49,078 nt of DNA from a virus (taxonomy: Duplodnaviria; Caudoviricetes): IMG/VR virus record IMGVR_UViG_3300033569_000026, positions 1 to 49,078 of that record; one strand, 5' to 3'. Within the stretch, counting starts at the first letter, position 1, and every line of letters begins with the position of its first letter. The position numbers were made by a program, and so were the translations under genes. A model generated the notes under the pieces. It saw only the letters and a program-made list of their open reading frames with translations. It was not told where the DNA came from and made no database searches. Below are positions 9,518 through 19,093 of this stretch, piece after piece.

Positions 9518-10431
9518 TTTGCCTCGTAGTAATTGGGTCCGTACCCAATCGATGTCTGGAGCTTGAACAGCAACTCCGTTCCGTTCGCAGTGGCGTTCGT
9601 CATGTGGCGACGCACCAATAGGACTGCCTTCTCGATGTTCCGCAGCGGACCACGCAACACCAACTCATCGTGGACCTGGAGGATGATGCGGAAGCCCAGC
9701 TCAATCAGCTCGCGGCAACGAGTGACAGCGACCATCGCGTTACCGATGATTTCCGCGCCGCTCGCCTGCATCGGGAAATTGAGTGCTCGACGGATCGCCC
9801 GCCGAATCATCCAATCCATCCCCGACTCCATCTCTTCCTTCAGGTCACACCAGCGGCCACCCAACGAATAGATGCCGTGCCATTTGCGCACGAACTGCTC
9901 GACCCATTGCATCCAGCGCCGCATCCCCGGCACTGCATCGAGGAGAGCGTCAACCATCTGCTGAGCGCGGTCCTCGCCAATCATTTTGCCGTCGGGACCA
10001 ATCAACGTTGAGAACCCGTACGCGCCTTTGCCGTAAGCGAGGCCGTACCAGATCTCTTTGATCATGCCGCGCAGCTTTTCGCCGTACGGATGCTTCTTGA
10101 AATCCTCGGTCGGGATTGCGTCGACGCGCTCACCCGCGTACTTGCAGATGACATCGACGCCATCGATCTTGACGGTGCTCGGTACCTTCCACCCGAGCCA
10201 GCGGCCGAACACTTCCCTCGCGTTGTACGAGTGAATGTCGAGACCCTTACCGCCCTGCTCCGGCTTCGCCTGATCGGCGTACATCTGAATCAGCTGGTTG
10301 TCGCCAAACAGCCGTTTGCAGAGGTCGCCTTGGATTCCGACTTCCAGCGAGGAGTAGTCGGCGACGAGAAGAGTGGGTGTCTCGCCCTTTAATCGGTCTT
10401 CAAAGTAATTAGGCGGTAGGTTCTGGCTCAT
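9514..10431 (-). CDS. polA: DNA polymerase A, C-terminal catalytic fragment (motifs A, B, C)
   Basis: ADYSSLE (A), RGMIKEIWYGLAYG (B), NFPMQASGA, QVHDEL (C); own GGAGGTGA RBS. Confidence 0.92.
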   Translation of the reverse strand: MSQNLPPNYFEDRLKGETPTLLVADYSSLEVGIQGDLCKRLFGDNQLIQMYADQAKPEQGGKGLDIHSYNAREVFGRWLGWKVPSTVKIDGVDVICKYAGERVDAIPTEDFKKHPYGEKLRGMIKEIWYGLAYGKGAYGFSTLIGPDGKMIGEDRAQQMVDALLDAVPGMRRWMQWVEQFVRKWHGIYSLGGRWCDLKEEMESGMDWMIRRAIRRALNFPMQASGAEIIGNAMVAVTRCRELIELGFRIILQVHDELVLRGPLRNIEKAVLLVRRHMTNATANGTELLFKLQTSIGYGPNYYEAK

Positions 10432-10447
10432 TCACCTCCATGGCAAT

Positions 10448-10918
10448 TCAGCGCTTCCATTTGCCTTGTCCCGGAAGCTCAACGCCTTCGGAGCGCAGCA
10501 CACGCCGAATCGTATGACGCTCGACGTTGAACAACTCGGCTAGCCTCTTCATGCGGTACCCTGCGGCGTAGGCACGCACAATCGCAGCTCGATTTTGCGC
10601 ACTCGTTACACCTCGGCGATTTCGCGCCTGCTCTTCCTTAGTCGCCCATCTACAATTACCTGGTGAGTAATTCTTCGACGGATTCTTGCGATCGAGCGTC
10701 ATCCCCTCGGGACGTTCACCCATGTCCGCAAGGAAGTTCGCAAACGACTTCAACCAGCGACGACACACGGTAATCCCAACGGCGCCGTAGCGTTCGTAAC
10801 TGGCGGCGCGAACGTCGTAACAACGGCGCTTCATCTGCCGCCAACTACGATACGTCGAAGTCAATCCCGCTGTGCGCGTCGCATGCCCGTGCTTTAGCTG
10901 GCCGCCCGGAGATCGCAA
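10448..10918 (-). CDS. Free-standing HNH endonuclease with C-terminal HTH
   Basis: YRSW..MKRRC, YGAVGITVC.RW, F..F.ADMGERP, TLDR.NP..NYSPGNCRWAT..EQ.RN. Confidence 0.9.
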   Translation of the reverse strand: MRSPGGQLKHGHATRTAGLTSTYRSWRQMKRRCYDVRAASYERYGAVGITVCRRWLKSFANFLADMGERPEGMTLDRKNPSKNYSPGNCRWATKEEQARNRRGVTSAQNRAAIVRAYAAGYRMKRLAELFNVERHTIRRVLRSEGVELPGQGKWKR

Positions 10919-12411
10919 GCGACCACCGCCTTTCGCACCTGATACAGATCCAACTCTTCTTTGGTCGGCAACTGCTGCATTTCCATCGTCCCCTTGATAC
11001 CCAATCGCCCCGTCACAGCGCCGTTTCGATCGTCCGCATCACCAGCCGGCCCACAAATGACATTGATCCAGCCCCCGGAGTTGGCGAGCTTTCGCATGTA
11101 TTTAAGTCCAGCTCGTACCTTCTTCAGATGAAGGAGGTGATCGATCATCTGCTTCGATTGCGGGCAGTTCTTCGCGACCCACTTGAGCGCCGTGCTGTCC
11201 AACTTGATCTCATCGTTCTTCACGCGGCCCTTCTTCCAGATGGGACTACGCGGGAATTCGAGACCATCGAACAGCTCACCCAATTGTTTGGGACTCGACC
11301 AGACCGCATCAACCTCCTCGCGACGATGCGGCCCGTACTCCAGCGCGCCGTTAATCACGAACCACTTGTGCAGCCACGCAAGCTCCTTCTCTTCGTCGGC
11401 GCTCGCCCGCTCCACCATTGATTGTGAGTAACCGACATCGATCGGGAAGCCTTCGCGCTCCATGAGTACAACGCAATCCTCGACGGACTGGTTGAATTCG
11501 GGACGCCCCCGTGACTCTCCCGGTCCAGCCCCGGCGTCGCTGTACGGGTACGGCGCGGGGTCTCGCTCCTTCTGCGCCAGCTCCTCGCACTCCAGCGCCG
11601 CTATCGCGTCCTCAGCTGCATATCGAACCAGCAGCTCCCAGCGTTTATGGCCCGGTAAGATCGACTCAAGGGGGTGCTGAAACTTCTCATCCTTCAGCTT
11701 CACCTCCTCTACCGTCTCCTTCACCCGCGTCTTGATGTGCAGCCGCTCGACCACTTCCAGTAGTTTGGCGTTGTCCATCCCGAACACCTCGACCTGCTCC
11801 GGTTTTCGTTTCCGGCAGCCATCAACCCCGCAGGAACAAGCACCCCTCTCTACAATCTTCTGTTTGCGAATTTCAATTTGGCGGGTATCGGCTACCACGT
11901 CTTTGAATTCCGCAATCGGGGGGCGCCGTAGCTTTACGAGCATCAGGTTCTTCAACCCGAAGCCGCCTTGCGTGACGAGCCACGGCCACTTCCAGCGCGC
12001 GTACCCGAGAGTGTTGAACGCTCCCCGCAGCTTCACGCCGTGGTTGTGGAATGTGTGGTCATCCACTGGTTGATTGTGGATGTCCTTCTGGATCGACGGG
12101 TCTTCTAGAACAGCTCGGAGCGAAGGATGGAGCAGAGCTGCCATAGGCAGAACCCAACCAACAGCACAATGAAAGCCCAGTGCGGATCTCTTCCGCGTTC
12201 GCACTGCAATGCTCCACACATGTACTCGGGCTCGACCGACACAGGACTCTTTCCGTACGTCCAATCCGTAGAATTCCGAGTCCAGGCCACACACTCCGGC
12301 AGCTCGCACGACTTCCGCGAGAACATCCCAAGCAGCCGGGTCGTCCAGGTATGTCTCGTCGAGATAGCCGAATGGATCGAGTGCCCGTACATCAACCGGC
12401 CCGGCGGACAT
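10894..12411 (-). CDS. polA: DNA polymerase A, N-terminal fragment (3'-5' exonuclease plus thumb)
   Basis: ExoI GLDSEF, ExoII HNQPVD, ExoIII YAAED, MEREGFPID, SPKQL, TGRL..QQLP..VRKAVVA; ends just before motif A. Confidence 0.88.
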   Translation of the reverse strand: MSAGPVDVRALDPFGYLDETYLDDPAAWDVLAEVVRAAGVCGLDSEFYGLDVRKESCVGRARVHVWSIAVRTRKRSALGFHCAVGWVLPMAALLHPSLRAVLEDPSIQKDIHNQPVDDHTFHNHGVKLRGAFNTLGYARWKWPWLVTQGGFGLKNLMLVKLRRPPIAEFKDVVADTRQIEIRKQKIVERGACSCGVDGCRKRKPEQVEVFGMDNAKLLEVVERLHIKTRVKETVEEVKLKDEKFQHPLESILPGHKRWELLVRYAAEDAIAALECEELAQKERDPAPYPYSDAGAGPGESRGRPEFNQSVEDCVVLMEREGFPIDVGYSQSMVERASADEEKELAWLHKWFVINGALEYGPHRREEVDAVWSSPKQLGELFDGLEFPRSPIWKKGRVKNDEIKLDSTALKWVAKNCPQSKQMIDHLLHLKKVRAGLKYMRKLANSGGWINVICGPAGDADDRNGAVTGRLGIKGTMEMQQLPTKEELDLYQVRKAVVACDLRAAS

Positions 12412-12700
12412 AACCTTTAGGGTCGAAGATCTGTACCCACCCGTCGCGATCGTTGCCGACCTCGATGAAGTAGGCGCGATCAGCCCAATGAGTTGCGAGG
12501 CTCTTCTCGATGGCGTGCGCCGAGTCCTTCCAGCGGCCGGGCAGGATGTTGGTCGTTGCAACCTTCATCCTCGTCTTCACGAGCGTCCGCAGCTTGCCTA
12601 GATCGTCGTCGGCCCGCAGCTCCAAGCCAGCGATGTACTCGACACCTTCACGGATCTGCACGACCCTCAGGTAACACTCTCTGGTTGGTGACATCGTCAC
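12392..12700 (-). CDS. Hypothetical protein
   Basis: Coupled ORF with GGAGGTGA start context. Confidence 0.55.
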   Translation of the reverse strand: MTMSPTRECYLRVVQIREGVEYIAGLELRADDDLGKLRTLVKTRMKVATTNILPGRWKDSAHAIEKSLATHWADRAYFIEVGNDRDGWVQIFDPKGYVRRAG

Positions 12701-12894
12701 CTCCGTCGGATGAACAGCGGCGGCTTGGTCAAATCAATATCGACCTCGACCACTGCATCTCCGTCTTTCGTTGCCGCTCGCTGTGCCGTCTTCGCGTTGA
12801 CGTAGATCATCAGATGATTGGACCGCAGCGAACGCCGAACTTGTCCCTCACGATTGAGAACCGCCCAGACCTTCACGACTTCCCCTTGAGCCAC
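12697..12894 (-). CDS. Hypothetical protein
   Basis: Coupled small ORF. Confidence 0.5.
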   Translation of the reverse strand: MAQGEVVKVWAVLNREGQVRRSLRSNHLMIYVNAKTAQRAATKDGDAVVEVDIDLTKPPLFIRRR

Positions 12895-13036
12895 TCAACA
12901 ACGGTACGCCACGTGTCCATGGCATGCATCGCTTCGTAGTCGTCAGTCTCCTCAAAGGTCTCTCGGTGAGCGTCGTAAGCCTGATCAGCCTCCGCGATCA
13001 ACTCAGCAATAAGCTGCTTCCTGATCTCTGACTTCT

Positions 13037-13741
13037 TCATCGTGCCCTCTGCCGGTGCCCATCGAACCACGCACCGCAACCCTGGCAGTTGAGCCGTTCG
13101 ATTGTGAGCGCCTTGGTTCGACGACTACCTCTCCGTTGCACCTTCGACGAGCCGCACACCGGGCAGCGCTCCTTATGCACGTGCAGCGCTGGGTGAGCTT
13201 TGATGTACGGACGCAGCTTCGTGTAGAGCTTTTCGAGTAGCGCAACGTCCTGCTTGTTGTAGCGAAGCATCTTCGCCCAAGCCTTCTCGTTGCCCGCCAG
13301 CACTTCCGCCCACAGCCGGAACCCGTGCGTCGAGATTTTCTCTCCGATGCCCAGGTACTTCGCGATAAACTGTAGCTTGCCCGACTGGTAGCCAAGTCGT
13401 TTGACGGTCTTGAACAGGTCAATGCTCGGAATCGGCGGCACCGGGTGCAGACCAGCGGAGACAAACTCGCCGTTGATCTTCGGCAGGTCGAACCGATCAC
13501 CGTTGTACGTCACCACCGCGTCAGCCTCGCTGAGTAGTGCGTGCAGCGACTTCAGCATCGCTCGCCGATTACCGCGCTCGTCCGCGATGTGCCATCCGCC
13601 GCGATACCACTTCGCCGCCCAACACAGCATCCTGCTCGGTGCGATCAGCTGATCGATACCGATGTTCTCGTCAAACAACTTCCAGACGTACGCCGTAGCT
13701 GGTGCTGTCTCAATATCCAGAAACAGAATCTTCGATGTCAT
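13037..13741 (-). CDS. RNase H-like (DEDD) exonuclease with C-terminal Zn ribbon
   Basis: LFLDIET, VTYNGDRFDLP, SIDL, YNKQDV; CPVCGS...CQGCG. Confidence 0.85.
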   Translation of the reverse strand: MTSKILFLDIETAPATAYVWKLFDENIGIDQLIAPSRMLCWAAKWYRGGWHIADERGNRRAMLKSLHALLSEADAVVTYNGDRFDLPKINGEFVSAGLHPVPPIPSIDLFKTVKRLGYQSGKLQFIAKYLGIGEKISTHGFRLWAEVLAGNEKAWAKMLRYNKQDVALLEKLYTKLRPYIKAHPALHVHKERCPVCGSSKVQRRGSRRTKALTIERLNCQGCGAWFDGHRQRAR

Positions 13742-14344
13742 TCACACCAGCGCCGGGAAATACTTCCGGCAGGCTTCGAGGTAGGCATCTTCGGCTTCGT
13801 CAGCGGGCCACTCCATAAAGTCGCCCGTGTTCCAGTAGTCGAATGGCTCCAGCGCCCCCTTGTAGTCGTCGGACTGCTCGCCGTGGCGACCGTTGAAGAG
13901 CTGCTCTCGTTCCGTCAGCCACATCCGGTAATCCAGCTCCTTCACGAGAGGGTCGCCGATGAACGTCAGGTCAAAGAACTTCTCCATGGCCAGCTGCATC
14001 GCGTCTTCAACCCGCTTGTAGTCGGGCAAAAGTGATTTGAGCGGGCTGCTCACGTCACCGACGAACGCCTCATCAGCGTCGTGGATGAGCATGCGTGCCG
14101 GCAGCAGAGCCATCGAGCCTCTGTGTCCCGGGTAGTGCAGCTCAGCCATCTTCGCGGCAACCACGCAATGCTGCGCAACCGTGTAGCGGCTGGCTCCAAC
14201 GTAACGATTGATGCCCGCCAGGTTTCGAGCGATGTCTTCAATCGTGAAGTCTTCGGGACGTGGATCGCCGATAAAGACTTTGTTCCCGTAAAACGTCTTG
14301 ATGTACGGCCCTCGATTGCCCGAGGCCCAGCGGTGCTCCTCCAT
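13742..14344 (-). CDS. HD-domain phosphohydrolase (YfbR/YfdR-like deoxynucleotidase)
   Basis: IEDIA..L..INRY.G, YTVAQH, LIHDADEAFVGD..SPLK. Confidence 0.85.
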   Translation of the reverse strand: MEEHRWASGNRGPYIKTFYGNKVFIGDPRPEDFTIEDIARNLAGINRYVGASRYTVAQHCVVAAKMAELHYPGHRGSMALLPARMLIHDADEAFVGDVSSPLKSLLPDYKRVEDAMQLAMEKFFDLTFIGDPLVKELDYRMWLTEREQLFNGRHGEQSDDYKGALEPFDYWNTGDFMEWPADEAEDAYLEACRKYFPALV

Positions 14345-14763
14345 TACGCTCCTAGAACACTCAGCATCTCCTCGTTGGTCGTGAATACACGAGACGCGAG
14401 TCGATACATGACGTCAAATCGATCGGGCTCCCCAGCTAAGAGGATGTATCCCGGTTTACCTTGTCCGAGCAGATAACCCAGCTCAAGGTGGCCGCTGCGA
14501 CCAGCGGGAAGAACAAGTAATCCGGCAGAGCATCGGTCAAGATGAGACTGGTCGTAACGAGCGACGTGATTAGCGGCAAAGCCATCCAGAGCTTCAGCGT
14601 AACTACGTCCCCTGCTCTTTTCGTATCGCTGCCAGTAATCATCCGCCTCCGGCCCCGCTGCGTACCAATCATCGAATACGTCCCAGCCGACATCACGTAA
14701 CGACTGGGCCACTTCAGGAATCGCCGGATTGCGAAGCGACCCAATGATGTAGATGGAACGCAC
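14344..14763 (-). CDS. Nucleoside 2-deoxyribosyltransferase-like protein
   Basis: IYIIGS.RN, D..HLDRC..GLLVLPAGRSGHLELGY..GQGKP. Confidence 0.75.
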   Translation of the reverse strand: MRSIYIIGSLRNPAIPEVAQSLRDVGWDVFDDWYAAGPEADDYWQRYEKSRGRSYAEALDGFAANHVARYDQSHLDRCSAGLLVLPAGRSGHLELGYLLGQGKPGYILLAGEPDRFDVMYRLASRVFTTNEEMLSVLGA

Positions 14764-15137
14764 TAACCCTCGCCGCCCAGCTCTGCCCGCTCCAGCTCGA
14801 CCTCATTAATCATCGCTTCGATGACCTCTTGCGGAATGTCCTCTGGAGCATCGGCATCGAGAACCAGCGGCGGCTCCTTCTGCTTCGGCATTTCGCAACT
14901 AACGATGATGCGGGCCTGGTACGTAGCGTTGTGGCGCCCATTGAGCCACGCAACATCACCAAGGCACTTCGCCTGTCCTGCCGGTGTGTCGGGATACCCA
15001 ATCACTTTCTGCCAGCTACCATCCGGCATCAGGCGAGCAGTCTCAAAGCCGCGCACCTCGTACTCGTTGATTGGCGTGCCCGCAGTCGGAAGCGGTGTCT
15101 TCACGTCGGCCTTCAGAGCTTTATCAGTCGGCGTCAT
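14763..15137 (-). CDS. Hypothetical protein
   Basis: Coupled ORF within nucleotide-metabolism cluster. Confidence 0.55.
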   Translation of the reverse strand: MTPTDKALKADVKTPLPTAGTPINEYEVRGFETARLMPDGSWQKVIGYPDTPAGQAKCLGDVAWLNGRHNATYQARIIVSCEMPKQKEPPLVLDADAPEDIPQEVIEAMINEVELERAELGGEG

Positions 15138-15481
15138 CGATTATCCCCGCTGCCGCTAATCACGTCTCGATCGCGGCGGTCCTTCAGCTTCTCCAGATTC
15201 CCACAAGCAACGTCGGAGAGAAGCAATCCCCAATGACGTGCCGTCTCACTCAGATACCAAAGAACGTCGCCTAGCTCTTTGCGCACAGCCTCACGAACCG
15301 TTTCCCTGTCGCCGCCGTCGCGATAGAACTTCTTGACCTTCTCCGCTACCTCGCCCGCTTCACCGCAGAGCCCGAGCACTGTGTAGGCGTCGGGCGGAAT
15401 CTGTTTGATGATCTTCGCGGTGGTTGCAGCGGCCTCTTGATACTCGTCAAACAACTGGAAATCACGCACTCGGAGGTTCAT
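15134..15481 (-). CDS. mazG: MazG-like NTP pyrophosphohydrolase
   Basis: LGLCGEAGEVAEKVKK, KELGDVLWYL, N.EKL.DR..R..ISGSGDNR. Confidence 0.92.
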   Translation of the reverse strand: MNLRVRDFQLFDEYQEAAATTAKIIKQIPPDAYTVLGLCGEAGEVAEKVKKFYRDGGDRETVREAVRKELGDVLWYLSETARHWGLLLSDVACGNLEKLKDRRDRDVISGSGDNR

Positions 15482-15836
15482 TCCCCGCGCCCGGATCCAA
15501 CGGCAGCACTTCCTCTTTGATGAGAATGCCGCGCAGCATGATCAGAGTCGCAATAGCGTGGTCGATGTGTGGCAGACCGGACTCTTCATCTCGCGCCGCC
15601 AACGACTCATTCGTCCACGTTCCGTCAAGGTTCTGCATCTCGGCAGCGTGACGATAGAGGGCGCCCATGTAACGCTCCCCTGCTCCGTCGCTCAGCTGAG
15701 CCAGCAGGTAGTTCCCGGCGCCGTGCTTCTTCCGACCGTAGCCGAAGACGCGAGCAACGCCGAAGAGCGATTTGAAAGCCACCATCATGATGGGAGCCTT
15801 CTTCGCCGCCCAAGCGATTTTGCTATCGACCCGCAT
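15462..15836 (-). CDS. dATP/dGTP diphosphohydrolase-domain protein (DUF5664-like)
   Basis: VARVFGYG.KKH...NY, Y..AL.RH, DEESGLPH..HA; GAGGTG RBS before ATG 15836. Confidence 0.8.
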   Translation of the reverse strand: MRVDSKIAWAAKKAPIMMVAFKSLFGVARVFGYGRKKHGAGNYLLAQLSDGAGERYMGALYRHAAEMQNLDGTWTNESLAARDEESGLPHIDHAIATLIMLRGILIKEEVLPLDPGAGNEPPSA

Positions 15837-16239
15837 GAACACCTCGCGGACCTTTGATGATGAACGCCCAGATAGGCGCTCCAGAATTGACCGCATCGAG
15901 CACTCGCCCTTTAAATCGGTCGCCGAAGAATTCACGCGCCCACCTCTCCGCATCACCCCAGCTCGGGAAGTAGCGCAGCTTTCGCTCACCCGAATACTCG
16001 GGGTCCAGCGTGCCGCTACTCACCCAATCATCAGGGCCGCGTGTCGAATACGGGACGTTGAGAATCTCCACCTCATCCGGGTCCATCCCGCAATCAGGTA
16101 GAAGCTCGTCGGCTAGTTCCTCACTGCCTTGTACGAGCGCTTCCTCTTCGTCATCAAGCTCTTCGTCGTCTTTACTTGGTGTGCAAGGCGGCGGCTGCTT
16201 CAACAATGTCCTGCTCGAAGAAATCGGCGTCGGGTGCAA
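15823..16239 (-). CDS. Acidic hypothetical protein (start uncertain)
   Basis: ORF filling the operon gap. Confidence 0.45.
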   Translation of the reverse strand: MHPTPISSSRTLLKQPPPCTPSKDDEELDDEEEALVQGSEELADELLPDCGMDPDEVEILNVPYSTRGPDDWVSSGTLDPEYSGERKLRYFPSWGDAERWAREFFGDRFKGRVLDAVNSGAPIWAFIIKGPRGVHAGR

Positions 16240-16594
16240 TGCCCCGAAGCATCGACTTAATCTCTTCAGTGATCGCCGGGACGCTCATCCCAGCAAACTC
16301 GTTTGGGTCCAGGCAGAGATCCGCGCTGGTAGTACCAACGAAGGTGCGCGGCATTCGTTCCCTCGTCGGCTGCTCGTCGCTGAAATCAAAGCTCAGCTGT
16401 TGCGGCTCAGTCGTCATCTTCAGCCTCATCGGCGGCTGCGTTCAGTTCGCGAGCCAACTCACGAGCCCTGTCCGGTGTCATCTCAAACGAATGGCCGTGC
16501 TCGTTCTCGTCGTTGCAGATTTCCAACCGAACAAACCCGTTAGTTTGAGACTCGGCTGTAGCGTACTCGTGGACTCCGTAGATTTTTTCCATTG

Positions 16595-17521
16595 CTATTC
16601 CTTCTCGTTCAAATCGAAGAAGCGAGCGGTTTTGAGATCGATGCCGACACGAATCCGACCCTCAGCACCCCAATTCCGCTTCGGGAAGTCGAATTCCATG
16701 ATGTCGTCCTTCACGTCTCCGTGACCCAATCGTTTGTAGTGACGACCGGGCCGGCACATACCGCCCAGCTCCTTCGCATTGCGTCCTGCGTCGGTACACC
16801 ACGCAAGATCCTCGGCGTCGTAGATGCGGAATCCGTCGATGTCAGGCTTCGCCTTCGGGTCAGTCGCGAACCGTTTGGACCGTTGAGCTATCTCAAGTCC
16901 TCGCTTCGTGACTTCACCCTTCAGCTGTGCCAATGCGACGCCAGCACGATTTCTCTGCTGGCAAAGCTTCGTCCAGCCCCACATGAATTCCGACACCTCG
17001 CGCTCACGACCGTTACGACCATGAGGGAGGGCGCTCAGGTAATCGAAAACATCGAGGTCTGACTCGTGCTCTGCGAATAGTCCAAGCGCTTCCTCCCCCG
17101 TGCGAACCCCGTCGAAATACTCGACACGATCCGCCCATTCCTCAGCCTCTTCTAGTGCGTCGGCAATCCTGATGATGTCGTCATCTTCTAGATCGCCAGC
17201 AAGAATGCGCGCTGAGTTGATGTCAGTGCCGCGAGCAAAAACTCTATCCGCTGTGCGGTCTGCCGGGTCTTCGAGGTCAACAAGATTGACTCGATAACCC
17301 TCTGATGCCGCAGCCCATGCGAGATGGAGCTTCCATAACGATTTGCCGCCGCCGGTCTCCGCTGCGTAGAGCGCGATGCTTTTCCGCTTGTGTCCACCGC
17401 GTTTGTCAAACTCTCTCAGTCGAGTCGGGATGAACGATGGTGGCGGTTTCCCCGCTTTGATCGCTGCCCGCTCTTCCTTGATCCCCCGGTAACGATCCCG
17501 GAGAACTTTCGTCAGCTTCAT
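16595..17521 (-). CDS. dnaB: DnaB-like (SF4) helicase, C-terminal domain only
   Basis: FIPT.L.EFD..GG, Walker A AAETGGGKS, VDLED, VFDYL, ALAQL, KRNWG; GGAGGA RBS. Confidence 0.75.
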   Translation of the reverse strand: MKLTKVLRDRYRGIKEERAAIKAGKPPPSFIPTRLREFDKRGGHKRKSIALYAAETGGGKSLWKLHLAWAAASEGYRVNLVDLEDPADRTADRVFARGTDINSARILAGDLEDDDIIRIADALEEAEEWADRVEYFDGVRTGEEALGLFAEHESDLDVFDYLSALPHGRNGREREVSEFMWGWTKLCQQRNRAGVALAQLKGEVTKRGLEIAQRSKRFATDPKAKPDIDGFRIYDAEDLAWCTDAGRNAKELGGMCRPGRHYKRLGHGDVKDDIMEFDFPKRNWGAEGRIRVGIDLKTARFFDLNEKE

Positions 17522-17629
17522 CGTCCTCCCAAGGACCATCCACATCGGGGTCCCACGGAATGCTGGCTGACGGTCCGTACGTGATCATATTGAAGTAGCA
17601 CCTCAATCTAATCTCGATGGCGTCGTCGC

Positions 17630-18112
17630 TCACAGCTCGGTCAAAAGCGGCTCACTCTCATAGCGGCCAAAGTCGTTTGAGGTACTACTCTCGGTCGGCA
17701 GTGGTTCGCTCTCCGCGTTGTGCAGCAACTTCTCAGCTTGATTCAAAATCGACTGGGCTTTGATGCTGCCCTGCCACTCACGCCCCGCCTGACTCGCCGC
17801 CGTTACGCACTGCTCGTACGTCAGCGCCAGCGCTTTGAGCTTCGCCTGCATTTGGATGTAGACGAGGCCCGCACCGTTCGGCGGAACCACGAGCCGGCGA
17901 TCGAGCACCGAGCGGAAAGCTGCTACAGCCTGATTGACTGTTAGCCCCGTAGATTTCTCCTTGGGGTGCTCTGCCTCTTCCAGCTTGGCTATGACGCTCT
18001 GGGCAGCCGCCACCACGCTCTTCGAGATGCCGATCGGGCAGCTCGCAATCTCCTTGCAGTGATCCAGTATCAGCTCGCGCTCCGGCTTCGTGAAACGGAC
18101 CGCCCGCGCCAT
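17630..18112 (-). CDS. Hypothetical protein upstream of helicase (possible loader/initiator)
   Basis: Position only. Confidence 0.45.
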   Translation of the reverse strand: MARAVRFTKPERELILDHCKEIASCPIGISKSVVAAAQSVIAKLEEAEHPKEKSTGLTVNQAVAAFRSVLDRRLVVPPNGAGLVYIQMQAKLKALALTYEQCVTAASQAGREWQGSIKAQSILNQAEKLLHNAESEPLPTESSTSNDFGRYESEPLLTEL

Positions 18113-18308
18113 TAGCCCAGCACGATCCAGCGATCGGTGTCGTTGATCAGCTTCTCGCGGCGTCCGTTCGGTGTGCGGTAGTACGCGGTACCGTCGGCTG
18201 CCATTTCGATGATGCGCCGAATCTTCAGCTCCGCGCAGCAGCTGCCCTTACGGCTAGCGATTGCGACATCGGAACCAACGAACGGCTCACGACCAAATCG
18301 ATCCTTCA

Positions 18309-18740
18309 TTAGTAGGGAAGATCGTCATTGGGAAGAGCTTCGATCTCTCGGCTCTTCTTCGCTGCGGGCTTCTTGGCGGTAGTCTTCGCCGGCTGCTTCT
18401 CGTCACCCGACGGACCACCGAGGAACTGCACATCCGAGCAAACGATCTCCGTGATGTACTTCTTGTTCCCGTCCTTGTCGTCGTACGTGCGAGTCGTGAG
18501 CTTACCCTCGACGTAGATCTGACGACCCTTCGCGAGATACTTGCCGCACGCTTCAGCCTGCTTGCCCCAAACGATTAGGCGATGAAACTCGGCCTTCTCC
18601 TGCTTCTGGCCCGCCTTGTCCGTCCAGCTCTCGTTCGTCGCGAGGCGCATCTCGCAGACTGCCTGGCCGTTCGGAGTGAAACGCGAATCGGGGTCCGCGC
18701 AGAGATTGCCAATGAGTTGAACCTTGTTTACAGATGACAT
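18309..18740 (-). CDS. ssb: Single-stranded DNA-binding protein
   Basis: [46 protein letters not shown]; acidic tail NDDLPY. Confidence 0.96.
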   Translation of the reverse strand: MSSVNKVQLIGNLCADPDSRFTPNGQAVCEMRLATNESWTDKAGQKQEKAEFHRLIVWGKQAEACGKYLAKGRQIYVEGKLTTRTYDDKDGNKKYITEIVCSDVQFLGGPSGDEKQPAKTTAKKPAAKKSREIEALPNDDLPY

Positions 18741-19093
18741 TGATTAGAGATCCTTCGTCGTGACGTTGTTGGTCACGCTCATCGTCTCGGGGACTACCCG
18801 ACAGACGAAATACTTGTTTCCAGGGGACGCGGCGGCGGTCTTCTCGGCTGCACGAACAGCTTCCGCCTTGTTGGAGTGCCACGAGACAACCCCACCGTTT
18901 GCGCCACGCACACACCACTCGGTAATCTTGTTTTCCATCTTCTTCCCCTCTTCTTCGCTGCGATACCAGTAGCCGTAATCGATTCCGTACCTGGTGTACG
19001 TCGGTGTGTACGCCGGTATCGGATACAGCCGATCAAACTCAGCCTGCAAAGCCTTCAGATTCGCTTCGCCGTAGTAAGTAAAGTGTTTACCCA

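Noticed and set aside
10380-10950. Group I intron or split intein in polA
   Set aside because: Only 16 non-coding nt, no recognisable intron core, downstream half has its own strong RBS, no HN-C/S/T intein end; not formally excluded without RT-PCR
13742-15836. 2-aminoadenine (Z) genome system
   Set aside because: No PurZ/PurA-like gene found; the HD protein looks YfdR-like
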